A stretch of DNA of 64,000 nt from Bacillota bacterium (GCA_040755975.1 JBFLZY010000006.1:10078-74077); one strand, 5' to 3'. Counted from the first letter of the stretch, positions 38,080-47,552 are shown. A program made the numbers and translations. The notes: a model not told the origin generated them from the sequence alone.

Positions 38080-38721
38080 GTGGTGATTACGATTTTAACC
38101 AACGAAAAGAACAATTTGAAAAAAGAAATAAACACTCCCCAGGGACAGGTGAACATTGAGGGGCCTGTGGAAAGGGATTATCTCGCTTCTCTACTAATTG
38201 ACCCGAACTTGAGCAACTTTCGCAACCCGTCGCGGCAAAAGGAGGCCTTGATGCTCGTGGCCGACTCCCCGGAAGGAATGGTCTATATAGCCAGGCACGG
38301 GAAGACCATTATCGGCTATCTGTCTTTTCACGCGCCCAGCCCCTATACGCGCTGGAGCAGGCACCCGCGCATCCTGGAGCTCGGCGCCATCGAAGTCAGC
38401 GCCCGGTGGCGCCGTTTTGGAATTGCCACCGCCCTGCTGAAAGAAGCTTTTCAAAACGATCACTTTGAGGAATATATTGTGATCGCCTGCGAGTTTCAGC
38501 AGCATTGGGATCTGCAGGGAACCAGGATGAACGCCTGGAATTACCAGCGGATGCTAAGCAGGCTGTACGGAAGCGTAGGCTTTAAGAAAAGGCGCACGGA
38601 CGATCCGGACATCCTGGAACACCCCGCCAATATGCTTTTGGTGCGCTTCGGCAGCAAGGTAAACAACGCCTACATCAAAGCCTTTGAAGAGCTAACCTAC
38701 CAGCAGTCGCTGGTGGAGTAG
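38080..38721 (+). CDS. acuA: Acetoin utilization protein AcuA (GNAT protein acetyltransferase)
   Basis: IEGPV, LELGAIEVSARWRRFGIA, HWDLQGT and EHPANMLLVRFG blocks align with B. subtilis AcuA as I remember it. Confidence 0.75.
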   Translation: MVITILTNEKNNLKKEINTPQGQVNIEGPVERDYLASLLIDPNLSNFRNPSRQKEALMLVADSPEGMVYIARHGKTIIGYLSFHAPSPYTRWSRHPRILELGAIEVSARWRRFGIATALLKEAFQNDHFEEYIVIACEFQQHWDLQGTRMNAWNYQRMLSRLYGSVGFKKRRTDDPDILEHPANMLLVRFGSKVNNAYIKAFEELTYQQSLVE

Positions 38722-38897
38722 GGACCGGAAAGGGGCATAAGCAAAGCGGCCGGAAATAAATTTCCATGGTGATTGGTTTGTTGACGCCTGAAAACCTCCT
38801 GGAGAGAAACAAAAAATCAAACCCGGGAGGTTTTTATATAGGGCAAAAGAACTTATTTTCTTAATAGAATTTACGAATAATTTAACGAGGTGATCCG

Positions 38898-39428
38898 ATG
38901 AATCGCCAGGGTTTATACAGGTATAAAAATTACTGGCCCCGGATAGCCGAGAACGTCTTTATCGCGCCCGGCGCGCGGATCATTGGACGCGTGGAAATCG
39001 GCGAGGCGGCAAGTGTATGGTTTAACACGGTCATCCGCGGCGACGTCAACGAAGTAAAAATCGGCCCGTACACAAATATTCAGGACGGCTGCACGCTGCA
39101 CGAAGAAGACGACGCTCCCCTGACTATCGGCGAACGCGTGACAATCGGCCATAACGCCATTATTCACGGCTGCACCATCGGCAAGGGAGCACTCATCGGG
39201 ATGGGCGCAATTATTTTAAATAAGGCCGTCGTAGGAGAAAACGCGGTTGTAGCCGCCGGCTCGCTGGTTGTCCAGGGGCAGGAAATTCCCCCGGGGCACC
39301 TGGCGATGGGTTCGCCGGCAAAAATTATTCGCGCTCTCACCCCGGAAGAAAGCAAAGAGTTCCAGCGCGCCGCGGAAAATTACCGGCGGCGCGCCAGGGA
39401 ATATTCAGAAAACACCCCGGAACCCTGA
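38898..39428 (+). CDS. Gamma-carbonic anhydrase family / hexapeptide-repeat protein (YrdA/PaaY-like)
   Basis: VFIAPGARIIGRVEIGEAASVWFNTVIRGD...GHNAIIHGCTIG hexapeptide pattern. Confidence 0.8.
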   Translation: MNRQGLYRYKNYWPRIAENVFIAPGARIIGRVEIGEAASVWFNTVIRGDVNEVKIGPYTNIQDGCTLHEEDDAPLTIGERVTIGHNAIIHGCTIGKGALIGMGAIILNKAVVGENAVVAAGSLVVQGQEIPPGHLAMGSPAKIIRALTPEESKEFQRAAENYRRRAREYSENTPEP

Positions 39429-39584
39429 CAAAACCGGTCCCAAAAGACACGTTCCGACATTGCTGACGAAACCTGTCACCTGAAGATTTTTCAGGCAATT
39501 TCCCTTTTTCAGGCTTACCAGGGTAAAAATAACGAAAAAAATAATTGTAAAAATTTTTGGGAAAAAGAAGGAGATTATCAAAAC

Positions 39585-39701
39585 ATGAAGAATAATATGG
39601 AAAGGGCGGTAAATTTTACTCTGGGAAATTTTGTGACAGGGAAGTTGGGACGTGTCGGAAAGCTTTTGGGCAGCCGCAAGCGAGGAAATAGTAATGGATA
39701 A
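39585..39701 (+). CDS. Small (38-aa) basic peptide candidate, translationally coupled to the membrane protein
   Basis: ATG 39585 lies 9 nt after AAGGAG; MKNNMERAVNFTLGNFVTGKLGRVGKLLGSRKRGNSNG; its stop overlaps the next start (ATGGATAA). Confidence 0.3.
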   Translation: MKNNMERAVNFTLGNFVTGKLGRVGKLLGSRKRGNSNG

Positions 39702-40176
39702 AATGCCCCTAACCGCTTTAGTGTTCCAATCTATCCCGGAAAGCATAATTCTTTTCGCCCTGGGCCTCACCCTGATGGGTGTTCCCTTACGCTGGAAAAG
39801 GATTGTTCCGGCAGCTTTAATTTTATCAGCGACTTCCTATTTAGTACGAAGCATGCCGCTACCTTACGGAATACATACTATAGCCAGTTTGCTGGCCTTG
39901 TATTTGTTGTTTATTATCCTTTTTCGCACCCCCATCTTGCTTTCGGCAATAGCTGCTCTTTCAAGTTTAATTGCGTTATTAAGTTTAGAGCTCTTATTAT
40001 GGCCGTTCATTTTCTTTGTAACTAATATATCAATTAAAGATATCTGGCATCAACCCATTTTACGCATTGTAATACCCTTACCGGAGTTAGCTTTATTGAG
40101 CATAATAACCTGGTGGTGTAAAAAGAACAAAATTACACTTTCTACCTTTTGGCCTTTCCATAAAAAACAAAAATAG
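39694..40176 (+). CDS. Polytopic membrane protein (about 5 TM), candidate sensor module of a split AgrC-like kinase
   Basis: 160-aa hydrophobic ORF ending 11 nt before the kinase ORF, in a different frame. Confidence 0.55.
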   Translation: MDKMPLTALVFQSIPESIILFALGLTLMGVPLRWKRIVPAALILSATSYLVRSMPLPYGIHTIASLLALYLLFIILFRTPILLSAIAALSSLIALLSLELLLWPFIFFVTNISIKDIWHQPILRIVIPLPELALLSIITWWCKKNKITLSTFWPFHKKQK

Positions 40177-40187
40177 GAGCATGAATC

Positions 40188-41039
40188 ATGAGCGTAATAT
40201 CATCCAATTACGCATTAATTATCTTCCTGCTATGCCAATCCTTTATTCTCTGCCTGGTTACACAGTATATCATCATCAATAACTTGACAATTTACATGGG
40301 TATAATCGTGGTTGTCACTCTAATTGTAATAGGCAATGCCATCATGAGTTTTTTAATTCTCAAAAGGTTGGTACAAAGCGAATATCAAAGTATCTTACTG
40401 GAACAACAAGCCCGGAGCATAGAAGACATTCAGGAGTTAATCTGTAACATTCGCGCCCAGCGCCACGATTTTCTCAATCACCTGCAGACCGTTTACGGCC
40501 TTTTGCAAATGAACAAGGCGGAAAGCGCCCAGAGCTACCTGGCCGAAGTAGTCAGAGAAGCGCGGACGTCCGCCCAGCTCATTAATCTCAAGCAACCGGA
40601 GGTGGGGGCGCTAATCCAAAGAAAGGTAAACCAGGCCGCGGCCCAGGAAATCAGCTTTAACCTGACCATCCAGAGCGATTTGCACGCCGTACCGGTCCGT
40701 CCCTACCAGTTGAACCGGGTTCTGGGCAACCTGATTGACAACGCCTTTGAAGCCGTTATGGGGCTGGAACCGAAAGAGCGCTTCGTTAAGGTTGAAATCA
40801 GCGAAAACGAAGAAAATTACATCATCAAAGTTCTCAACTCGGGACCGGGTTTAAAGCCCGAAATTCTTGATCATATCTTTGCGCCCGGGTTCTCCACCAA
40901 AGGTTCAAACCGGGGTATGGGCCTCTCCATTGTTCGCGAAATAGTGGAGGAGCACGGGGGAACAATTTCGGTGTCTTCTCCGCCGACGATCTTTACGGTA
41001 AAATTTTCCCGGCCGGGAGGGAAAGGCAATGATTCATAA
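40188..41039 (+). CDS. GHKL/HPK10-type sensor histidine kinase (AgrC-like catalytic part with 2 TM)
   Basis: H-box IRAQRHDFLNHLQTVYGLL, N-box LGNLIDNAFEA, G-box GFSTKGSNRGMGLSIV. Confidence 0.8.
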   Translation: MSVISSNYALIIFLLCQSFILCLVTQYIIINNLTIYMGIIVVVTLIVIGNAIMSFLILKRLVQSEYQSILLEQQARSIEDIQELICNIRAQRHDFLNHLQTVYGLLQMNKAESAQSYLAEVVREARTSAQLINLKQPEVGALIQRKVNQAAAQEISFNLTIQSDLHAVPVRPYQLNRVLGNLIDNAFEAVMGLEPKERFVKVEISENEENYIIKVLNSGPGLKPEILDHIFAPGFSTKGSNRGMGLSIVREIVEEHGGTISVSSPPTIFTVKFSRPGGKGNDS

Positions 41040-41649
41040 CTTTGCCGTGAGGCTGGCCGCTATTATCGCTGGAGAATTGAAGATGAACGAGCGGCAGGGA
41101 ATCATTGCTTATGGTCTGGAAGTAATTATTGGCGCCTTGATAAAGTTAATTCTATTTGTCACGCTCCCGGTTGCCTTGGGAATCTTTCCCCAGGTAGCCG
41201 CCGCCGCGCTGGCCAGCATCATTTTTCGCCTGGCTGCCGGGGGGGCTCACTGTACGGCTTATTACCGCTGCCTGGTCAGTTCCCTGGTCACTTTTTTAGC
41301 TATTGGAGCACTGGCCCGCTATCTGGCTGCCTATTCTCTCCCGCTGCAAACGATAGTCATTTGCGTCACCGCCTGGTCGCTGGTCATTGTGTGGCGCTGG
41401 GCGCCGGCAGACACACCGGCAAAACCGATTGTTAACTTACTCCACCATAAGGGCCTACGAATTGCATCTCTAATAATAGTAGCTTTCTATCTTGTTACAG
41501 GGTTGTATACTCCTTTAAAACCAGACCTTGTTCTGGCGGCATCATTAGGTTTTTTCATTCAGGCTTTTACGATCACTCCGGCGGGATACCGCTTTATAGA
41601 AGCAGTAGACAGGCTCCTTTCCCGGCAAATAACTCCCTGCAGGGATTAA
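41029..41649 (+). CDS. agrB: Accessory gene regulator protein B (AgrB-family peptide-processing membrane protease)
   Basis: 206-aa membrane protein with FRLAAGGAHC motif and AgrB-like topology; overlaps the kinase stop. Confidence 0.8.
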   Translation: MIHNFAVRLAAIIAGELKMNERQGIIAYGLEVIIGALIKLILFVTLPVALGIFPQVAAAALASIIFRLAAGGAHCTAYYRCLVSSLVTFLAIGALARYLAAYSLPLQTIVICVTAWSLVIVWRWAPADTPAKPIVNLLHHKGLRIASLIIVAFYLVTGLYTPLKPDLVLAASLGFFIQAFTITPAGYRFIEAVDRLLSRQITPCRD

Positions 41650-41667
41650 AAAAAGGAGGTGAAAAAG

Positions 41668-41796
41668 GTGAGGTTCAAACACTGGCTGATGAGCATTATA
41701 GCTGCCGTAGCCATGGTTGTTGCTTCAACGGGCGTCTACCCTGCCAGCGCGGGTTTCTGGTACCAACCGGAAATACCCCCGGAACTGCGCAAATAG
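41668..41796 (+). CDS. agrD: AgrD-like cyclic autoinducing peptide precursor
   Basis: GTG 41668 lies 6 nt after AAAGGAGGTG; MRFKHWLMSIIAAVAMVVASTGVYPASAGFWYQPEIPPELRK has an amphipathic leader and the conserved YQPE-x-P recognition tail. Confidence 0.7.
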   Translation: MRFKHWLMSIIAAVAMVVASTGVYPASAGFWYQPEIPPELRK

Positions 41797-41804
41797 CCTT
41801 TTCA

Positions 41805-41836
41805 GGGGATAGAAACCGCGGTCTATCCCCTTTTCT
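41805..41836. terminator. Intrinsic terminator after agrD (convergent with the helicase gene)
   Basis: GGGGATAG / CTATCCCC stem followed by TTTT. Confidence 0.7.
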
Positions 41837-41863
41837 TTCTCTCAACCAGCGTTCCCTCACCTT

Positions 41864-43414
41864 TTACACCCCGACCAGGGCTACTTCCTCCCTGTCCAGC
41901 GTCTGGCGAATTGCGCGCACGAAGTCCGCCATATAAGCGTCCTTTCCCGCCGCCCGTTCGATCTGCCGTAACAGGTCGATTTCCCGGCGCAAGATGGAGA
42001 AGATATCCCCCTCTTCAAGGTTGCATTTTTGCATGAGCCCCTCAAAAGAGGCGCCGCGGTACCAGGCAGCGGCCAGCGTCGCCGGCAGGTGGCTCCAGAC
42101 GCACATATGCTCGGGAACCCCGCTCCTTAAAAGGAACTTCCGGAGGTCCACGACGTGTTCTAAGGAAAAGGGGCACCTTTCCACCCATTCATCGCGGCCG
42201 GGCTGGTAGTCGACGCCAGCCAAAATGGCCGCCGCCTCTTCCGGGGAGGCTTCCAAAAGAATCCCCGAGAAAACCAGTTCGGTCACCAGGACTTCCTGAA
42301 CGTGCAGCTCCAGCGCAAATTTCCCGCGGGCAAGCAATTCCCTGCCCCGCACGTAACCCAATTCTTCCAGCAGACGCCAGACGTTTTCAAACTCCAAAAC
42401 AAAATCCCGCGAGTTCTTTTGTAAATTCTCGATGCGAGCGGTTAAATAAGTTTTTCGTTCGGCAAAACCTTTTAGCTTTTTCTCGGCTTCCGCGCAGCTG
42501 TTATAGTTGCAATCTTTTCGGCCTTCCTGAAGCAACTTCCTCAGCTCCTCCCGGCGCTCCCGGGCGCCGGGGCGATGGCGGTATTTACGCCGCTTGAGAT
42601 GATTGAGCTCCCGTTTTAAAGCCAGGCGGTGCAGCTGGCAGGCGGGCGTATCCTTCTCCGGGCAAAAACAAGCCGCCAGCCGTTTTTCCTTTTCCGTAAG
42701 AGTATTTAGCTCCCGCCGCAGCTGCCAGATTTCCCGGTTATTCTGGTAAACGGCCAGGTTTTGCTCCAAAAACCGCTTAATCTCTTCGTCAGTTTTCCAG
42801 TACAGCAGGCTCAAGACCGTGTTCGGCGAAATCGCCAGGCGCCCCCTGACCGGCTCTACATCCAGCTCGTTATAAAAACCTGTTTGTTCCGGATATTTCT
42901 CGTCAATTCGGACGTAAACGTGCCCCACCCGGTCGTACCCGCGGCGCCCGGCCCGGCCGGCCATTTGAAAAAATTCCCGGTTCATTAAACCGCGAAATTC
43001 CCGCCCGTCCCACTTGCGGCAGGAATCAAACACCGTGCTGGCGGCGGGAAAATTAACCCCCAGCGCAAAGGTTTCCGTACAAAACAGCACGTAAAGCAAC
43101 CGTTCTTCGTAAAGCCTTTCCACCAGCTCTTTAAGCACCGGGGGCAGCCCCGCGTGGTGGTACCCGATTCCCTGCAAAAGCAGGCGGCGCAGGTTTTGCC
43201 GCCGGAGGGTGAATAAGCCGGGGTAACTCTCTTCCGCCTGCCTGATCGCTCTCCTTACCGCCTGTCTTTCCCGGCCGGTTAAAAAATCAAAAGCGCGGCC
43301 CAGTTCCTCGGCCAGCATTTCCGTCCGGCCCCGGCCGAAGGCAAAATACAAAGCGGGTAAATGATCTTGAATTGTTTCGATCACTTCTACGCAGTTAGAA
43401 TTGTTCTCGGCCAT
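41864..43414 (-). CDS. Ski2/HelY-like DExH helicase, C-terminal part (RecA2 domain plus helical C-terminal domains)
   Basis: GIGYHHAGL, TETFALGVNFPA and QMAGRAGRRG (motif VI) present; no Walker A or DExH motif in this ORF. Confidence 0.8.
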   Translation of the reverse strand: MAENNSNCVEVIETIQDHLPALYFAFGRGRTEMLAEELGRAFDFLTGRERQAVRRAIRQAEESYPGLFTLRRQNLRRLLLQGIGYHHAGLPPVLKELVERLYEERLLYVLFCTETFALGVNFPAASTVFDSCRKWDGREFRGLMNREFFQMAGRAGRRGYDRVGHVYVRIDEKYPEQTGFYNELDVEPVRGRLAISPNTVLSLLYWKTDEEIKRFLEQNLAVYQNNREIWQLRRELNTLTEKEKRLAACFCPEKDTPACQLHRLALKRELNHLKRRKYRHRPGARERREELRKLLQEGRKDCNYNSCAEAEKKLKGFAERKTYLTARIENLQKNSRDFVLEFENVWRLLEELGYVRGRELLARGKFALELHVQEVLVTELVFSGILLEASPEEAAAILAGVDYQPGRDEWVERCPFSLEHVVDLRKFLLRSGVPEHMCVWSHLPATLAAAWYRGASFEGLMQKCNLEEGDIFSILRREIDLLRQIERAAGKDAYMADFVRAIRQTLDREEVALVGV

Positions 43415-43464
43415 TCGCCATTCCCCTGAAATAGATTCGCTGCCAGACGAATCAAGGTAACTCC

Positions 43465-44226
43465 CTACGCCTTATGAAAAGGCTGCCTGTCCTCGTCGTA
43501 CCGGTAGCGGCCTCCGCCCGTCACGCGCCGCATGCGCCGGGCTTCCTGGCGCTTTGCCACTTCGGCGCGCGCTTCCGCCTCGTCCAAAATATCGCCGCCA
43601 GGCGAAAGCCAGTTGATTTTTAAGGGGACGGCGCGTCTTTTTTCCTCAATCACCTTAATCGGGGAGCCCCTTATTTCCCCCATCCAGACGGCTATTTCGC
43701 GGATATTGGGCACTGTTGCAGACAAGCCCAAAATCTTAATGTGCCCGGGAGCGAAAATAATGCTCTCTTCCCAGGTAGTGCCCCTTTCCAGATCGTCTAA
43801 ATAATGCATCTCGTCGAAAATAACGTGGGAGGTGTTGGCCAACATTTCCGGGTTGGCGAAACACCAGTTCCGAAAAATTTCGGTCGTCATGACCAGTATA
43901 GGGGCTGTTTCGTTAATGGAGAGGTCGCCGGTGATTAAACCAACTTTCTCCCGCCCGAACAGGCGGCAAAAATCCCTGTACTTCTGGTTGGAAAGCGCCT
44001 TTAAGGGCGAAGTGTAGACGGCGCCCTTGCCTTCGGCCAGCACTTTCTCCAAAAGCTTCTCGGCAATCAGGGTTTTTCCCGTGCCCGTAGGGGCGGCCAC
44101 CAGAACAGAATTACCGGCCAGCAAGGCGGCAATGGCTTTTTCCTGAAAGGGGTCCAATTGAAAGGGGACCGGCCCGGAAACCGCGCCCGGATTCCGCCGG
44201 CGACTGCCTTTTTTCAAATCAACCAA
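43465..44226 (-). CDS. Ski2/HelY-like DExH helicase, N-terminal part (RecA1 domain)
   Basis: Q-motif FQLDPFQ, Walker A APTGTGKT, DEMH box (FDEMHYL), LSAT motif III. Confidence 0.8.
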   Translation of the reverse strand: MVDLKKGSRRRNPGAVSGPVPFQLDPFQEKAIAALLAGNSVLVAAPTGTGKTLIAEKLLEKVLAEGKGAVYTSPLKALSNQKYRDFCRLFGREKVGLITGDLSINETAPILVMTTEIFRNWCFANPEMLANTSHVIFDEMHYLDDLERGTTWEESIIFAPGHIKILGLSATVPNIREIAVWMGEIRGSPIKVIEEKRRAVPLKINWLSPGGDILDEAEARAEVAKRQEARRMRRVTGGGRYRYDEDRQPFHKA

Positions 44227-44401
44227 CGCCTTTCCGCGGATCTACAGGTCTGCAGGATAAAAACTTACCCCCTACATTATACACCATACCGGCAACCAGG
44301 CAATGCGTTAACAAAAAGTTAACGCAAGGTAAAATAGTGTTCTCTCCTGGCAAAAATTAAGGTATAATAGGAGTAATAAGATCTTAAAGGGGTGGGGTCC
44401 C

Positions 44402-44623
44402 GTGCCTCAAAAATACCCGGTCGACTACCGGGTAAATATGCAAAACGGACAGATTTTGAGCGTTGAAGTAACCTGTTGCCAGCGCCGCATCGGGGAAATC
44501 CGCTTTAAGGACGGACAGAGCATCAAATGTCCCGGCTGCGGCACAATTCATCTTGTGCGTTTGCAGCACAACCATTTTCATTTGAGCCAGGAAAACCCGC
44601 GCGTTTCAAGCACCAAAACATAA
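44402..44623 (+). CDS. Small hypothetical protein with a CPGCG motif
   Basis: GTG start after AAAGGGGTGGGG; 73 aa; its end overlaps the convergent speB. Confidence 0.35.
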   Translation: MPQKYPVDYRVNMQNGQILSVEVTCCQRRIGEIRFKDGQSIKCPGCGTIHLVRLQHNHFHLSQENPRVSSTKT

Positions 44624-45484
44624 AATGGCTTCCCGCACCAGCTTGGCCGCCAAAAAAGAGGTGCGCTCGGACGGGTCGTAAACCGGGCTGACTTCGACTA
44701 TATCCATGCCCACCACCTGCAGGCCGCTCTTCTGCAAATAATGCAGCACCCGGATTATTTCCTGCGGGGAGCAGCCTCCGGGTTCAGGCGTGCCCGTCCC
44801 CGGAGCATAAGCGGGATCCAGCACGTCTATGTCCAGCGTCACGTAAAGCGGCCTGTTGGCAAGAGCGCCGGCTATTTCTTGCAAAGGAGACAACACCTCG
44901 TTGCAGAACAGGTTGGTATGCTCGCGGGCATAATGAAATTCTTCCCGGTCGCCGGAACGAACCCCCAATTGATAAATGCTTGGCCCCCCCACTATCTCGG
45001 CCACCCGCCTCATTACCGTGGCGTGGGATAATTTTTCGCCGCCGTAGGTGTCCCGCAAATCCAGGTGGGCGTCCAGTTGCAGAACGGCCAGTTCCGGGTA
45101 AAAACGGGCGGCTGCGGCTATCGCCGGCAGGCTGATTAAATGTTCCCCGCCCAGCAGGAGGGGGAACTTTGCCCGGGCAAGCAAACTTTCGACGGCAAAA
45201 GCGATGCGCCGAACGCTTTCCTGGACGTTTCCGGGGGGAAGGACGAGATCGCCCCCGTCAAAATATTTATAATCCCTTAAATCGCGGTCCAGATCGGGGC
45301 TGTACTCTTCCAGCCCCTGGCTCACCCGGCGGATGTGCAGGGGGCCCAGGCGCGCTCCCGGACGAAAAGTAACGGTAAAATCCATGGGGGCGCCGCAAAT
45401 AATCACCCTGGCTTCGGCAAAATCGGCAGTGGCGCCCATATACCCGCTATTCTTTTCTACGAAATCCCACATGCTCCTCGTCAT
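44606..45484 (-). CDS. speB: Agmatinase
   Basis: Ureohydrolase motifs LLGGEHLISL, QLDAHLDLRD, VTLDIDVLDPAYAPGTGTPEPGG. Confidence 0.9.
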   Translation of the reverse strand: MTRSMWDFVEKNSGYMGATADFAEARVIICGAPMDFTVTFRPGARLGPLHIRRVSQGLEEYSPDLDRDLRDYKYFDGGDLVLPPGNVQESVRRIAFAVESLLARAKFPLLLGGEHLISLPAIAAAARFYPELAVLQLDAHLDLRDTYGGEKLSHATVMRRVAEIVGGPSIYQLGVRSGDREEFHYAREHTNLFCNEVLSPLQEIAGALANRPLYVTLDIDVLDPAYAPGTGTPEPGGCSPQEIIRVLHYLQKSGLQVVGMDIVEVSPVYDPSERTSFLAAKLVREAILCFGA

Positions 45485-45520
45485 CCCCCCTGGTCTTCAC
45501 CGGCGAACCATCCTTCCCGG

Positions 45521-46357
45521 TCAACTTCCCGTTTTCAGCAGATCCGCCACGAAAGGCGGCAGGACAAAAGCGCTTTTGTGCACTGCCGGGCTGTAATAAC
45601 GCGTGCCCAGCTCGGGAAGGCCGGCCACCTCCACCTGCAAGGGATCGTATTTTTTGCTGCCCAGCGTAAAAGTCCACAATCCGCCCGGATAAGTGGGAAC
45701 GCAGGCAAGGTAAAGCCTGGTAACCGGGAAGATCCCGGAGATATCCTGAAAAACGCGCGAAATCAGCTCGCCGTTAAAAAACGGGGACTCCGTTTGGGCC
45801 ACAAAAAGCCCGTCGTCGGTCAAAGCCCGAAAGACGTCCCGGTAAAAGGCGGCGCTGAACAACCCTTCCGCCGGCCCGACAGGATCGGTAGAATCAATGA
45901 CGATCATATCGTAAACGCCCTGGTGCTCCCGCACGTGCCTGATCCCGTCAGCAATAATTATTTCTACCCGCGGGTCGTCCAGGCCGGAGCTGATCTCCGG
46001 CAAAAACCGTTTTGCCGCCTCACATACCCGGCCGTCAATTTCCACCAGGGTCGCCTTTTCCACCCGGCGGTGCTTCAAAATTTCCCTGATCGACCCCCCG
46101 TCCCCGCCGCCGATGACCAGAACGCGCCGCGGCAGCGGGTGGGTGTTCAAACCAACGTGCGTGATCATCTCGTGGTAAACAAATTCGTCAGTTACGGTGG
46201 TTTGAATTACGTCGTCCAGAACCAGCATCCGGCCGAATTGAACAGTATCGTAAACGGCCAGTTCCTGGAAGGGCGTTTGCTCATAATGCAGCAGCTTTTT
46301 CGTCCGGCAGCTTAAGGCCATATCCGGAGTCTGGAGTTCCGTAAACCAGCAATTCAT
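45521..46357 (-). CDS. speE: Spermidine synthase (polyamine aminopropyltransferase)
   Basis: WFTE, LVLDDVIQTT..DEF.YHEM, VLVIGGGDGG, DMIVIDSTDPVGPA. Confidence 0.9.
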   Translation of the reverse strand: MNCWFTELQTPDMALSCRTKKLLHYEQTPFQELAVYDTVQFGRMLVLDDVIQTTVTDEFVYHEMITHVGLNTHPLPRRVLVIGGGDGGSIREILKHRRVEKATLVEIDGRVCEAAKRFLPEISSGLDDPRVEIIIADGIRHVREHQGVYDMIVIDSTDPVGPAEGLFSAAFYRDVFRALTDDGLFVAQTESPFFNGELISRVFQDISGIFPVTRLYLACVPTYPGGLWTFTLGSKKYDPLQVEVAGLPELGTRYYSPAVHKSAFVLPPFVADLLKTGS

Positions 46358-46393
46358 TCTTCATCTCCCTACCTTAACATGATCAGCCCAAAG

Positions 46394-46852
46394 CTAATAC
46401 CACATGGGCACGGCGGCCAGGGCGCAGCCAATTTTTTCTACTTTATGCTCCACCGAAGCTATTTTTATATCAACCAGCTGAATCTTCCGGACAGCAAAGG
46501 CTTCTTGAAGCATTTCTTGAATCCTGTTCCGCGCCTCCATTTGCGCACAGCGGCCGGCAAATTCCATGATCACGCCAAAAGAATTTAACCCCACGCCGAC
46601 GCCTACCGCCGCGGAAATCAACTCGCCGGGAACCTCGCTAATAATGTACCCGTAAGCAACCGGCACCAATGCACCTACCGGAATAACCGGTTCCGGGCAG
46701 TACTGGGCACCGGGCGGAAGAATACTGCTTACCCGGATCAGGTTGATGTTGCCGATTCCCCCCGCCAGCAGGGCTTGATCAAAGGCGGTGAGAGGAGTAG
46801 CGCCCTCCGCACTGGCAGCGGTAAGAAAATATTTCCGGGGGGTGGGCAGCAT
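46394..46852 (-). CDS. pdaD: Pyruvoyl-dependent arginine decarboxylase
   Basis: 152 aa; TPLTAFDQALLAGGIGNINLIRVSSILPPGA contains the Ser-Ser self-cleavage site typical of PvlArgDC. Confidence 0.8.
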   Translation of the reverse strand: MLPTPRKYFLTAASAEGATPLTAFDQALLAGGIGNINLIRVSSILPPGAQYCPEPVIPVGALVPVAYGYIISEVPGELISAAVGVGVGLNSFGVIMEFAGRCAQMEARNRIQEMLQEAFAVRKIQLVDIKIASVEHKVEKIGCALAAVPMWY

Positions 46853-47026
46853 TAATCATCCCTCCTTAGCATTTTTATGCCAAAGCAACAAATTAATTAT
46901 AGCAGAAGAATTTAAAAAGGGAAGTATTAAATTGATTTCCCAGATTTTACTAGTATAGGTAATTGCCCCTGGTGAGATTCTATAAAAGAATGTTTTTAAA
47001 TTAACAACAATTTAGGAGGTATATCT

Positions 47027-47515
47027 ATGGCAAAAACCGTAATCAGTACATTTAACTCGCGGGATTCAGCCGAACGGGCGGTGAGCGACTTAAGGAGCAA
47101 GGGGTTCGATCGCGAAATCTCCATTGTGGCAAAAGACGACCAGCGCGCTCAGGCACGCAGAAGAGATGACAACGCCCTCAACATGGGCGGCGATCCCGTC
47201 TTTGAAGGCACCACCACCGGCGGGGTGCTGGGCGGGCTGGCCGGGCTGGCGGCCGGCGCGGGCGCCCTGGCCATTCCCGGGATCGGCCCGATCATTGCCG
47301 CCGGCCCGATCGCCGGTTTGCTTTCCGGGGCCGCCACCGGCGGAATCGCCGGCGGCCTGCTGGACTGGGGCATTCCCGCCGAGCGGGGCCGTTATTACGA
47401 AGAGCGGGTGAAGCAGGGGAACATCCTGGTCTCTGTGCGCACGGCCGACAACAAGGCCAGCGACGCCGCCAGCGTACTGCGCAGATATGGCTCCCGGGAC
47501 GTAGAAATCCACTGA
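47027..47515 (+). CDS. YflT-like general stress protein with glycine-zipper region
   Basis: N-terminal FNSRDSAERAVSDLRSKGFDREISIV, then a G/A-rich zipper, then GIPAERGRYYEERVKQGNILVSV. Confidence 0.5.
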   Translation: MAKTVISTFNSRDSAERAVSDLRSKGFDREISIVAKDDQRAQARRRDDNALNMGGDPVFEGTTTGGVLGGLAGLAAGAGALAIPGIGPIIAAGPIAGLLSGAATGGIAGGLLDWGIPAERGRYYEERVKQGNILVSVRTADNKASDAASVLRRYGSRDVEIH

Positions 47516-47552
47516 ACCACCCCACGGTTAATTTTGGATAAATCGCCTGGCG

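Noticed and set aside
45335-46315. 326-aa plus-strand ORF antisense to speE, and the many similar antisense or shadow ORFs (e.g. 164-478, 735-1055, 1542-2162, 4024-4779, 8017-8967, 12150-12689, 20704-21285, 29592-30311)
   Set aside because: These are typical long shadow ORFs of high-GC coding regions, with Arg/Pro/Gly-rich products. Each fully overlaps a gene with clear family motifs on the other strand or frame.
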